A model generated the notes under the pieces. The model ran no database searches and was not told where the DNA came from. It saw only the letters and a list, made by a program, of their open reading frames with translations. A program made the translations under genes and the position numbers. DNA of 64,000 nt from an uncultured Dehalococcoidia bacterium (GTDB lineage Bacteria > Chloroflexota > Dehalococcoidia > Lucifugimonadales > CAJWER01): assembly GCA_964608025.1 (NCBI GenBank), contig CAZSLO010000023.1:111312-175311 (forward strand), read 5' to 3'. Shown one piece after another: positions 37,401 to 45,637 of the stretch (positions are counted from its first letter, which is position 1; each line of letters opens with the position of its first letter).

Positions 37401-38068
37401 AACAAGCTTGGATGTAGAGCCCAGTAGTCTTCCTTAGGATCTGTAGGTGTAATGATACCAACGATATCAACAGATATCGTTGTTGGGTCGTTCGTATCCG
37501 ATGATGTTAATATTGTGTCGCCGATCCGTAGGTCAAACAATCTTGCAGTATTGGCGCTAATAATGGCTTCGATCTTAGTTAGATTAGCTTCACCTCTAAT
37601 GTGGCCGGTGGCCATTCTTCCGCTCTCGAATGTTACATGCTGGGTGATTTCGGAAAGGGTTCTGTAATAGGCGTTAAAGGAATGGGGTGTCAATTCGCTA
37701 AAAAAACCTGGAGGCCTTCTTGGTAGTTCGGCGAGGTACGTCTCCGTCATTAGATAGCGCTGATGAGTGGTATATATAGGAGCAATCTGGTCGCTTATGG
37801 CTTGGCTTAGTTTTTGTTCGACCTTTTGGAGTCGTTCCCGTGTTGGATGAAGATTGAACACCAAAACATTGATATTGGATTCTTGTTTGGTTAATGTTTC
37901 CAAAAGTAGGTTCAACCCGAGTCGTTCTAGGGAAATTGGGTAAATAGGGGCGGCTGCAGCGAGGGTTGTTGCTATCAATATCCCTATAAACACAGCGCTC
38001 ATAAGAGCCCAGCTTGATTTTATGCGCTTGACTACGAGTGTTCTGAACGTCATTGATGAATTGCTCAA
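34406..38068 (-). CDS. Very large (1220 aa) FtsX/MacB-type ABC-permease-like membrane protein with big extracytoplasmic domains
   Basis: N-terminal TM then a large soluble region then a TM cluster, with the pattern repeated. C-terminal 4-TM FtsX-like block. No ATPase gene adjacent. Confidence 0.65.
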   Translation of the reverse strand: MSNSSMTFRTLVVKRIKSSWALMSAVFIGILIATTLAAAAPIYPISLERLGLNLLLETLTKQESNINVLVFNLHPTRERLQKVEQKLSQAISDQIAPIYTTHQRYLMTETYLAELPRRPPGFFSELTPHSFNAYYRTLSEITQHVTFESGRMATGHIRGEANLTKIEAIISANTARLFDLRIGDTILTSSDTNDPTTISVDIVGIITPTDPKEDYWALHPSLFLDPEPFNTLGPTVDGPDREMFPSVPLFITQKGMVDGLGTAYPTSLINSIWIIRVNKDGFNRWTTSEARTQLDQFEKQLVNLLPGSEVSTALDSTFRKFQHRTFFGKIPMLLMLAIVFMTILIYLGIIASYLAQNRLADTALLITRGLGPLHIISLNIWEPILMTLLVIIVAPFGAMALVMLSGFLPYLSDMTNGTFLSADLSPMALIAAIVSGILTITVTACLGLLNTGSTGSGLRAYKLQVGRPVNTLFFQRYYLDIALISIGGVILWELHSQGHLVSRSLLNGFDLNESLLITPVLFLLAITLIFMRLFPILVQFVSGESLFLLNLLATLILSSASATLLITGLIGDRVEWAIPLALVISVWAIYLGTIKTRRKHYLIVGLLIQSGLVYGILLAEPLDSKDLFYLPALSLIGLVPAQLVARLIPFLMNLTPIWLWMGLRQMARNPFQYTGLILMIILATGIGVLATTIGATLERNQEDRIHYQVGADIRVTDLPSTAGRGIYPMKSRYDELPGVQKTTLALREESRAAGVSIQLLAIESRDFSSMSWYRQDFSRIQFNNLMTILSSHRQIERVVIPDSASTIGLWAKIQEFIPGLVVWALIEDGLGSIKSIPMGTPSNDEWTLLSGDLPPSMKGPIHLVSIQISEPGTGTDKTPGQLLIDSIHTKAATSDNIMLLEDFEGQLRWFPIVTAQLSPERITTTRQESQSGRRSGVFTFTKENHYGIRGFYQSPTGGPVPVVVSNSFAKETFSSKGDIILANISNRFVPMVIREIIDYFPTMDSVGGRFILADLNSLLGHLNIMGHTPISVPNELFIKEAPAAQQAMKTALDSVFKYWGNVQHRESLLASSRLNPMTTAGWNSMVVLVIATVISTVGLGYTSFLVASAKKIHAQLGILLSMGLSERQLIKLVCFEHFTIVVTGMAIGTLTGLQMSQLVVSLVSFTETGQEALPPFVLITNWSLMIPIYSALITMFIVTTLIFIRKSSRINRGMLKTELG

Positions 38069-38202
38069 ACTAGATCGATGATATCTGCAATGAATTTGAT
38101 AGATATTTTCTTTTATGGAGCTCTTTTAATCGATTGAATTCAAGTTTCTGTACGGATACCTTGACAATTGATAGGCAAAAATTCAAGGTGGTTTTTTGGG
38201 AT

Positions 38203-40536
38203 CTATGCTGGTAGGAGTTTGAGATTGGACTTCATCTCTTGAAGAACTGACTCGCGATTCCATGGAATGGCCACTCCCTCTCCCCGTATCCATAGAGGTA
38301 GTAGATCATCGTAATGAGGGGACATTGGGTTTCCCGATTGTCCTCCGGGAATTGAGAAGCGCGAGTTTTCCCATTTCCCGATATCGATCACCATGCGCAT
38401 AGATGGAATGGATAGAGGATTCCCGGTGGGGTTGTCTAATGGGGCGGCTGCTTGTGAAATAGTATTAGCGTCACCTCCCAATGGAAAGGGACCACGATTG
38501 AATATATGGCTGAACATCTTGCGTTCGCCAAATGGATGCCGAAGTATTAGCTTTCTGACATCACCCCACGCCCAGTTTTTGTGATCATTGCCATAGCGGA
38601 TTCGAAGTATTCTGATAGTTTCCACTAAGGCTTTTTGTATTACGGTATTCCAGCCCTCATCGAACCAGCCAGTGGGCTGTTCTTTCAATAAACGTATTGT
38701 ATGTCCGGTACGTCTAGCTACAAGTATTGTATAAGGTTTTGCTATGTTCGAAGATTTTCCCATGGACCAGTCAGCCGAGTTAGGGGCTTTGGTTTTCGCA
38801 ATTGTTCTAGTTATCTCGGCCATAAACAATTCAAACACTGTTGCGGGTGCTGAATCGACCCCGATTTGTCCATCCCAAGTGGCTAGAAGATCAAGGGCCT
38901 CCCGTGCGTATTGCTGATCAACAGGAGTGGTCAATAAAATCTCCCGTATTTCTTCCCAGGGCATAGATTTGACGTCCTGAAGAAATGTCATGGTGTTCTG
39001 GATATCCCAGTCGTCGTGTTCACCAAGTGTTTCGAATATACGAGAGATGCGGTAACCATCTAGCCAATCAATGCCTAAATAGGGTCCGTCCCCTTCCTTG
39101 GTGGGACTGTTATTAGCTGTAGCGACAATGCCGGAGGGTGAGTTATTCAAGTATGGCATTTGATCGTGAGGCACGTGGCTATGCTCCCAATCTGCGTCTT
39201 TTTCCCAACCAGGTTTGGGTATAGTGCCCCAGCCACTCTTTCGAACTGGAACCGTCCCTACTAATTGCCAGCCGATGGATCCTGATGTGTCGGCATATAC
39301 CATGTTTAGAGACGAAAGTGGCCAGTCATCACATAGGCTTTGGAATTCGCTAAACGAGCGTGCTTTATGAATTGTTGCTATTCCTTTGATAGGCATGGAA
39401 TCAAGCCAAGTTGCCTTGAGGGAGAAGGCGGTGATGCCCGCGTTTTTGTGGGACGATGTTCCGATAATCGGGCCTCGTGGTGTGATCAACACACGTTCTA
39501 CAAGATCTTTACGACCTCTGATTCGAATAACTTCATCTTTTATTTCACAGGGGATGAAGTTGTCATCTTGACGTACGCTTGTACCGTCGGGACTCAGTTG
39601 TTCTATGAATAAATCGGTTGTATCTACCATGCCTGCGGTTACTCCCCATCCAGCAGTTCCATTATGTCCAGCAGGAAACCCGGGGCCACCAACGAAAGTG
39701 GCTCCTGCTACAGACCATTTGGGCGTAGTTATGTGGGCTAAGTACCAATGTGCTGGCAGGGTAGGTCGTAGATGGGGATCGTTTGACAGCAATGGCCTTC
39801 CCGTGGATGTTTTTTCGGGGGCAAGGGCCCAATTGTTCGAGCCCCCGACGTATCCAACGGCTTCCCGGAGCGCGGAGATATCATCCACAAGCCGATCCAT
39901 GATTGGGCCTTGTGGAGAGCCAGCTGGCTTGGATACAGGGTGCCATTCTGCATAGGCAGGATCAAGCGCTTTCACTGCATCTGGTCCATCTTCTACCAAG
40001 ATCTGGTACCGAGCTATCTCTATATCCCAATTTGACGCTAGGACGAATGCCTGTAGTTTAGCTGATGCAATGACATCTGTGATCGTATAGGGTGTTGGTC
40101 TTGCACGTAGAATCGCAAATTCATGTGGGACTCGTGGAATGCCAAGTTGCACCCCATCGGATATTCCTTTGGCAAACGAAGTTGTATTGGCATGCATCTC
40201 CGGGTCTAGGGCATTTATCTGGTCCTCAGCATTGCGAGCGAAACCTATCTGGCGCGAGAATCGATCTATTTTGATGCCAGCAGGGCCCAAGAGCTCGCTA
40301 AGTGAACCTCTGGCTATGCGGAGCATTACTTCGAGCTGAAACGCCCTGTCTTGTCCTTGGCAGAAACCTATTCCATACCACGCGTCTCGATCATCCTGGG
40401 CTTTAATATGTGGTATGCCGTTATGGTCTCGGATGATAGTTATAGGGTTGGTAAGATACGGGACATTGATCACACCAGATGTGATAGGAAGCCGTTTGCC
40501 CAAAAGGCCTCGTAACAGCCAGCGTGGCATTTTCAT
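38203..40536 (-). CDS. Penicillin/AHL-acylase family Ntn hydrolase (peptidase S45)
   Basis: Alpha-subunit start pattern IIRDHNGIPHIKA...QDRAFQLE. Autoprocessing and nucleophile site GGSNNWA. 777 aa. Confidence 0.85.
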   Translation of the reverse strand: MKMPRWLLRGLLGKRLPITSGVINVPYLTNPITIIRDHNGIPHIKAQDDRDAWYGIGFCQGQDRAFQLEVMLRIARGSLSELLGPAGIKIDRFSRQIGFARNAEDQINALDPEMHANTTSFAKGISDGVQLGIPRVPHEFAILRARPTPYTITDVIASAKLQAFVLASNWDIEIARYQILVEDGPDAVKALDPAYAEWHPVSKPAGSPQGPIMDRLVDDISALREAVGYVGGSNNWALAPEKTSTGRPLLSNDPHLRPTLPAHWYLAHITTPKWSVAGATFVGGPGFPAGHNGTAGWGVTAGMVDTTDLFIEQLSPDGTSVRQDDNFIPCEIKDEVIRIRGRKDLVERVLITPRGPIIGTSSHKNAGITAFSLKATWLDSMPIKGIATIHKARSFSEFQSLCDDWPLSSLNMVYADTSGSIGWQLVGTVPVRKSGWGTIPKPGWEKDADWEHSHVPHDQMPYLNNSPSGIVATANNSPTKEGDGPYLGIDWLDGYRISRIFETLGEHDDWDIQNTMTFLQDVKSMPWEEIREILLTTPVDQQYAREALDLLATWDGQIGVDSAPATVFELFMAEITRTIAKTKAPNSADWSMGKSSNIAKPYTILVARRTGHTIRLLKEQPTGWFDEGWNTVIQKALVETIRILRIRYGNDHKNWAWGDVRKLILRHPFGERKMFSHIFNRGPFPLGGDANTISQAAAPLDNPTGNPLSIPSMRMVIDIGKWENSRFSIPGGQSGNPMSPHYDDLLPLWIRGEGVAIPWNRESVLQEMKSNLKLLPA

Positions 40537-41246
40537 GTTTTTGTTGCTGAAGCAATTGCCATACTGTCTACATCAACTAGAGAAGACTGCTTGATCTTAA
40601 AGCCGAAATGTTGTCTGAAGTTCTTAATCAAACTTGATGTGACCTTATCAAGCTTAACTGGACCGGTTTCAGCAGTTACAGAAGTTATTCTGCACTCCGG
40701 CATTCCACATGGAACTATATGGTCAAAATAATTTAGATCAGGTGCAACATTCAATGCGAATCCGTGTGTAGTAACTCCACGGCTGACTCTTACACCTATT
40801 GCGGCGATCTTTGCCCCACCTGTCCAGACTCCTGTGGGATGCCCTTCACTTTCTGCCGGAATTCCAAACTCTGCGAGCGTATTGATTAAAATCTGCTCAA
40901 GCCCGCGTATATACAACATCGGACCAATACCTAGTTGTTTCAAGTTAATTATGGGATATGCGACTATCTGTCCTGGTCCGTGGTAGGTAACCTGCCCTCC
41001 ACGGCCCGTCTGGTGGATTTCAACGCCTAGTTCGATAAGTTTCTTTGGAGACAGGTGGATATCTTCTGAATTACCACGACGGCCAATCGTATAAATATGT
41101 GGGTGATTCAACAGGAGAAGTACGGCAGGGAGTTCCCCATTGGCAACTCTTGAGTGCAAACGCTCTTGGATTTCTAGGGCTGTAACGTACTCTGTCAGTC
41201 CTAATCGTATGACAGGAACCATGTAAGAGCTCTCATAGGGACACAA
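40533..41246 (-). CDS. lipB: Octanoyl-[ACP]:protein N-octanoyltransferase LipB
   Basis: RGGQVTYHGPGQ motif. Catalytic-region pattern and KIAAIGVRV. Stop overlaps the acylase ATG (ATGA). Confidence 0.9.
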   Translation of the reverse strand: MCPYESSYMVPVIRLGLTEYVTALEIQERLHSRVANGELPAVLLLLNHPHIYTIGRRGNSEDIHLSPKKLIELGVEIHQTGRGGQVTYHGPGQIVAYPIINLKQLGIGPMLYIRGLEQILINTLAEFGIPAESEGHPTGVWTGGAKIAAIGVRVSRGVTTHGFALNVAPDLNYFDHIVPCGMPECRITSVTAETGPVKLDKVTSSLIKNFRQHFGFKIKQSSLVDVDSMAIASATKT

Positions 41247-41249
41247 CTG

Positions 41250-42488
41250 TTACACCTCGAGGTTTGGATCTATTGCCTCTAGCCTTCGTTTCACGTCCCC
41301 AATGAATGCGCCTGCTTCGGCACCGTCAAGGATCCTGTGGTCGAATGTTAGACAGAGATTCATCATTGATCGGATGGTAATGGTGTTATCGATCACAACG
41401 GGTCTATTGACGATAGATTCCGTGTTTAGGATAGCTGCTTCCGGAGAGTTTATTATTGCCTTGCCTATTATTGAGCCTAGGGCACCAGTGTTGTTTATCG
41501 TGAATGTACCACCTTGTACATCTTTTAGTGAGAGCTTGCCGGAACGGGCGCGATTTGCAAGGTCTTGGATAGATTTTGCCAAGTCAGATACATCAAGCCG
41601 ATCGGCGTCGTGTACTACGGGTACCACAAGGCCGCCTGGGGCAGCTACGGCGACTCCTATGTTTACTCGTTTTTTTAGAATGATCGTGTTGTCATTCCAG
41701 GAAGCGTTTACCATCTGGTGTTCCTTCAGGCAGTCCGCGACTATTTTGACGATAAAAGCGAGGTAGGTTAAGTTAGCGTTCTCTCTTTTGAAGAATGCTG
41801 TTTTTGTCTGTTCTCTAAGCTGTACCAAGTTCGTTACATCGGCCTCTACTAGGGTCCAGGCTTCTGGAATTGTTCTAGTGCTGTTGGCCATATTTTCAGC
41901 GATCATTCTACGTATAGGAGTGAGTTGGACTAGTTCTTCGTTTTCATTCAGGTTGCCGGGCTGTTGTTCTTGTGAATCGATGAAGGCTTGGACATCGTTA
42001 CGGGTGACTCTTCCGTTAATACCTGTACCTATTACCATGGAGAGATCTACGTTTTGCTGATCCGCAAGTCGTAGCACCGCAGGGGAATATCGACTCGTTT
42101 GACTTGGTGGTCTACCGGGGTTGGTAGTAATTGGTCCCCCAGATCCTGTAGGCCCAACAGGTGCCACATCTTTCATCAATGAGCCGACACGGTCCATAGG
42201 AGGAGAGTTTTTGGATGTGGGTTTAGGTGAAGCCGTATTATCGATAGCATCTTCATCTGGGGCCGACATTTCTGCAATCGCCGTACCCATAGGTACTGTA
42301 GAGCCCTCTTCAACCAATATATTCGTTATTATCCCTGTTGCTGGAGCGGGCACTTCCATATTCACTTTGTCAGTAATCACTTCAACGATTGGTTCGTACT
42401 TCTCGACCGGGTCTCCAACATGTTTTAGCCATCGTCCAATGATTCCTTCAGTGACTGACTCTCCCACGTGTGGCAGATCGATTTTCAT
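41250..42488 (-). CDS. 2-oxoacid dehydrogenase E2 (dihydrolipoamide acyltransferase)
   Basis: Lipoyl domain with VITDKV lipoyl-Lys, peripheral subunit-binding domain, catalytic DHRILDG motif. Confidence 0.9.
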   Translation of the reverse strand: MKIDLPHVGESVTEGIIGRWLKHVGDPVEKYEPIVEVITDKVNMEVPAPATGIITNILVEEGSTVPMGTAIAEMSAPDEDAIDNTASPKPTSKNSPPMDRVGSLMKDVAPVGPTGSGGPITTNPGRPPSQTSRYSPAVLRLADQQNVDLSMVIGTGINGRVTRNDVQAFIDSQEQQPGNLNENEELVQLTPIRRMIAENMANSTRTIPEAWTLVEADVTNLVQLREQTKTAFFKRENANLTYLAFIVKIVADCLKEHQMVNASWNDNTIILKKRVNIGVAVAAPGGLVVPVVHDADRLDVSDLAKSIQDLANRARSGKLSLKDVQGGTFTINNTGALGSIIGKAIINSPEAAILNTESIVNRPVVIDNTITIRSMMNLCLTFDHRILDGAEAGAFIGDVKRRLEAIDPNLEV

Positions 42489-42497
42489 GGATGTCCC

Positions 42498-43442
42498 TCA
42501 GTACTGTATCAATTTACGCATGGCATTCCCGATGCGCTCCGTGTCCGGCAAGAACATTGCCTCTAGATCTGGGCTGAAAGGCATTGCTGGGATCTCTGGT
42601 CCAGCGATGCGCATAATTGGACCGTCGAGATACTCGAAGGCATCCTCAGATATAATAGCTGATACTTCACTGCCGATTCCGAGAGCCTTAGTATCTTCAT
42701 GGACTATAAGTACTTTGCCGGTTTTGCGTGCAGTTGACAGGATTGCTTCGGAGTCTAGTGGCCTTAATGTTCGAAGATCCAGAACTTCAACGCTTATTCC
42801 TTCATCGATGAGATCTTGGGCGGCCTCTATACAGAGATGTAACATGAGTCCGTAAGAGATTACACTTATGTCAGTGCCCTCCACCTTAACATCGGCATTC
42901 CCAATTGGAAGGGTATATTCATTTTCTGGTACATCACCCCGGACTAGGCGATAGGTCCGCTTGTGTTCTAGGAAAATCACAGGATCATCATCCCGGATAG
43001 CACTCTTAAGCAGTCCCTTTGTATCGTAAGGTGTGGCTGGTGCAACAACTTTCAGTCCCGGTGTATGTGAAAAATAGGCTTCTGGGCTTTGGGAATGGTA
43101 GAGTCCGCCGCGGACGCCTCCGCCGTAAGGAGCCCTTAGGACCATTGGCACGCTGAGAGATCCTGCTGTTCCATATCGTACCCTTGCTGCCTCACCTATA
43201 ATTTGGTTGAATGTTGGCCAGATAAAGTCTGCGAATTCTATTTCCGCGATGGGGCGCATACCGTTCATTGCTGATCCTACAGCTATACCGGCAATTGATG
43301 ATTCGGCTAGAGGGGTGTCTATCACACGCTCTTCGCCGAATTGTTCCAGGAACCCATCGGTAGCAAGGAACACCCCGCCCCTGGAACCTATATCCTCTCC
43401 CATTACGAAGACGCTATCATCTCTCATCATTTCTTCATACAT
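42498..43442 (-). CDS. 2-oxoacid dehydrogenase E1 beta subunit (N-terminus probably extends to an ATC codon at 43481)
   Basis: Transketolase-like pyrimidine-binding and C-terminal domains. Homology continues 13 codons upstream of the first ATG. Confidence 0.9.
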   Translation of the reverse strand: MYEEMMRDDSVFVMGEDIGSRGGVFLATDGFLEQFGEERVIDTPLAESSIAGIAVGSAMNGMRPIAEIEFADFIWPTFNQIIGEAARVRYGTAGSLSVPMVLRAPYGGGVRGGLYHSQSPEAYFSHTPGLKVVAPATPYDTKGLLKSAIRDDDPVIFLEHKRTYRLVRGDVPENEYTLPIGNADVKVEGTDISVISYGLMLHLCIEAAQDLIDEGISVEVLDLRTLRPLDSEAILSTARKTGKVLIVHEDTKALGIGSEVSAIISEDAFEYLDGPIMRIAGPEIPAMPFSPDLEAMFLPDTERIGNAMRKLIQY

Positions 43443-43471
43443 GGCATCTCGGACGGCGTCGATAACTGATA

Positions 43472-44512
43472 TTACGGCGATGGTTTCTCTCCCATTGTAG
43501 AAGCGTACACGTGTTTGTAGAAACTGGATGTGTCTGGATGCCGGGCGGCCTCTACTTTTTCTGTTGCTTCATTGATAGATTTCTTTGTATCAGATACAAA
43601 GGTCTCCTCGATCTGGTCATCTACTATTCCCGATGCAAATAGGTGTTCTTTTAACATGCTTAGAGGATCGTGTTTCCTCGCGTTTTCTATATCCTCACTG
43701 GGGCGGTATCGGGTATCGTCGTCATCACTTGTATGTGGAAGATAACGTTCGACCATTGCTTCTATCAATGTAGGTCCACCTCCGCCACGCGCCCTTTTAG
43801 AAGCCTCGGACGTAGCTTCATACACGGCTGTGATATCGGTGCCATCGACTACAATTCCTGGCATGCCATAGCCTTCGGCCCTGCTAGCGATGCTTTCAAT
43901 AGCCATTTGCTTGGAGAGTGGCACAGAGATTGCATACTTGTTGTTCTCACAAAAGAATATAACAGGAAGCTTGTGAATAGCCGCGAAGTTCATTCCTTCA
44001 TGGCAATCTCCAACGCTCGCAGCTCCGTCTCCAAAATACACGATTGTTACATTGTCTCCTCCCCGCATTTTTGACGCGAGGGAATTTCCAACAGCTTGTG
44101 GAATCTGAGTGCCAACTACATTAGATAAATTCACAATCTTTAGATCCTGATCTGCACCGTGGGTGGGAAACTGCCTTGCGTCACTCAAAGGCTCCCCTGT
44201 CTTTGCAAGGAATCCTGACATAATTTGAATTGGGGTTAGGCCAAGGCTTAACAATACGGCCAAGTCTCGGTAATAAATAAAGAAGTGGTCGTGGCCCTTA
44301 CGAAGTGCGGCCACACTTCCTATTTGTGCAGCCTCGTGACCTTGCGCTGATGCAACAATAGCGGCTTTACCTTGACGATTCAGCAGCCACACACGTTCGT
44401 CCAATGCTCTACAAAGGACCATCTGTCGATACATTTCCAGAAGTTGTTCGTCAGTTGGACCGTCATTGGGCCTACTTAACCCATCTTTTGTTAACGGAGA
44501 ATCTTTTTTCAT
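43472..44512 (-). CDS. 2-oxoacid dehydrogenase E1 alpha subunit (ThDP-dependent)
   Basis: ThDP motif GDGA...(N). YRxxxHS-like region (RYLPHTSDDD). Confidence 0.9.
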   Translation of the reverse strand: MKKDSPLTKDGLSRPNDGPTDEQLLEMYRQMVLCRALDERVWLLNRQGKAAIVASAQGHEAAQIGSVAALRKGHDHFFIYYRDLAVLLSLGLTPIQIMSGFLAKTGEPLSDARQFPTHGADQDLKIVNLSNVVGTQIPQAVGNSLASKMRGGDNVTIVYFGDGAASVGDCHEGMNFAAIHKLPVIFFCENNKYAISVPLSKQMAIESIASRAEGYGMPGIVVDGTDITAVYEATSEASKRARGGGGPTLIEAMVERYLPHTSDDDDTRYRPSEDIENARKHDPLSMLKEHLFASGIVDDQIEETFVSDTKKSINEATEKVEAARHPDTSSFYKHVYASTMGEKPSP

Positions 44513-44710
44513 AGGTAGTTAATATATCTTGAAAGAATGCTTAGTGCGATGAATCAGAATTATATTGGCGGCTCGATTGGACAGTCAAAGAAATGAAAAA
44601 CTCGAGAAGGATTCATTAATTAGATTTGGATAGGATGCCTGTATCCCAATATTTTCTTGGTGTTCTACTTTACATGTACTCGGAGGTTGAGTTACTTACC
44701 GGAGGTTACT

Positions 44711-45610
44711 CTAGAGCCGAGATAAATATTGTTCTACAACATCAATTCCTACTAGTCCACTATAAGCTTTTTGAAGTCTATCTGTGACAGGTCCGGGTGA
44801 AGCGCCGTTTCCAACTACTGTTCCATTTATGGTCGAAACTTGGCAGATACAGAAACTGGTAGATGTGACAAATGCTTCATCCGCTGTGTAGGCATCGAAC
44901 AGATCGATATCCGTTTGATGGACATCTATCCCGATTTCTTCTGCCAGATCAATCACAGTGGAGCGGCTGATGCCTGCCAGAATATATTGCTCTTTAGGAG
45001 TAAATATGGCACCGTCCTTGACTAGGAAAATATTACTGCCTTGCCCTTCACAGAGATTTCCATTGATGTCGAGCATTATTGCCCATGCTTCGGGGTTCTG
45101 GGCTTTAATCTCTAGTTCTGCTTGTATCATGTTGATGTAGTTATGCATCTTCGCTCTTGGGCTCATAGATTGAGGAGGGGTGCGCCTTATTGAAGGCGTT
45201 GCGATCGGCAGCCCGTCTCGATAGAACCGTGCACGCTCTTCAAAGGGTAGTGGATAACATTCGACGATTACCGTGGGATTAGACCCGGAGTCTCCTCGCA
45301 TTCCGCGGGTGAATCTCTGTGTTATCCAGTAGTCTTCGTTTTCAGCTAGTAATGGCAGATTGGCTTCAAATATTTTCGTTGTTAATTCTGAAAGTTCTAT
45401 TTTTGTCATGCCAGGATCTATTCGCATGTACTTAAGCGAGTTATAAAGCCTATCTAGATGTTCCTCCAGCCTGAAAATACGATGCCCGAAGCTGCGCGTA
45501 GTGTCGAATACTGCATCACCATAAAGGAAGCCTGTGTCTCCGATTGAAATCTTGGCCTCATTTTCAGGTACTACCTGACCATTGACGTACGCTACCCTTT
45601 CTTGTGTCAT
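44711..45610 (-). CDS. Class IV (BCAT/DAAT-fold) aminotransferase
   Basis: FLYGDAVFDT N-terminal motif. Catalytic Lys context PRAKMHNY. EGQGSNIF motif. Confidence 0.85.
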   Translation of the reverse strand: MTQERVAYVNGQVVPENEAKISIGDTGFLYGDAVFDTTRSFGHRIFRLEEHLDRLYNSLKYMRIDPGMTKIELSELTTKIFEANLPLLAENEDYWITQRFTRGMRGDSGSNPTVIVECYPLPFEERARFYRDGLPIATPSIRRTPPQSMSPRAKMHNYINMIQAELEIKAQNPEAWAIMLDINGNLCEGQGSNIFLVKDGAIFTPKEQYILAGISRSTVIDLAEEIGIDVHQTDIDLFDAYTADEAFVTSTSFCICQVSTINGTVVGNGASPGPVTDRLQKAYSGLVGIDVVEQYLSRL

Positions 45611-45637
45611 TGTAACTTCCTTTGACTAGGCTATCTA

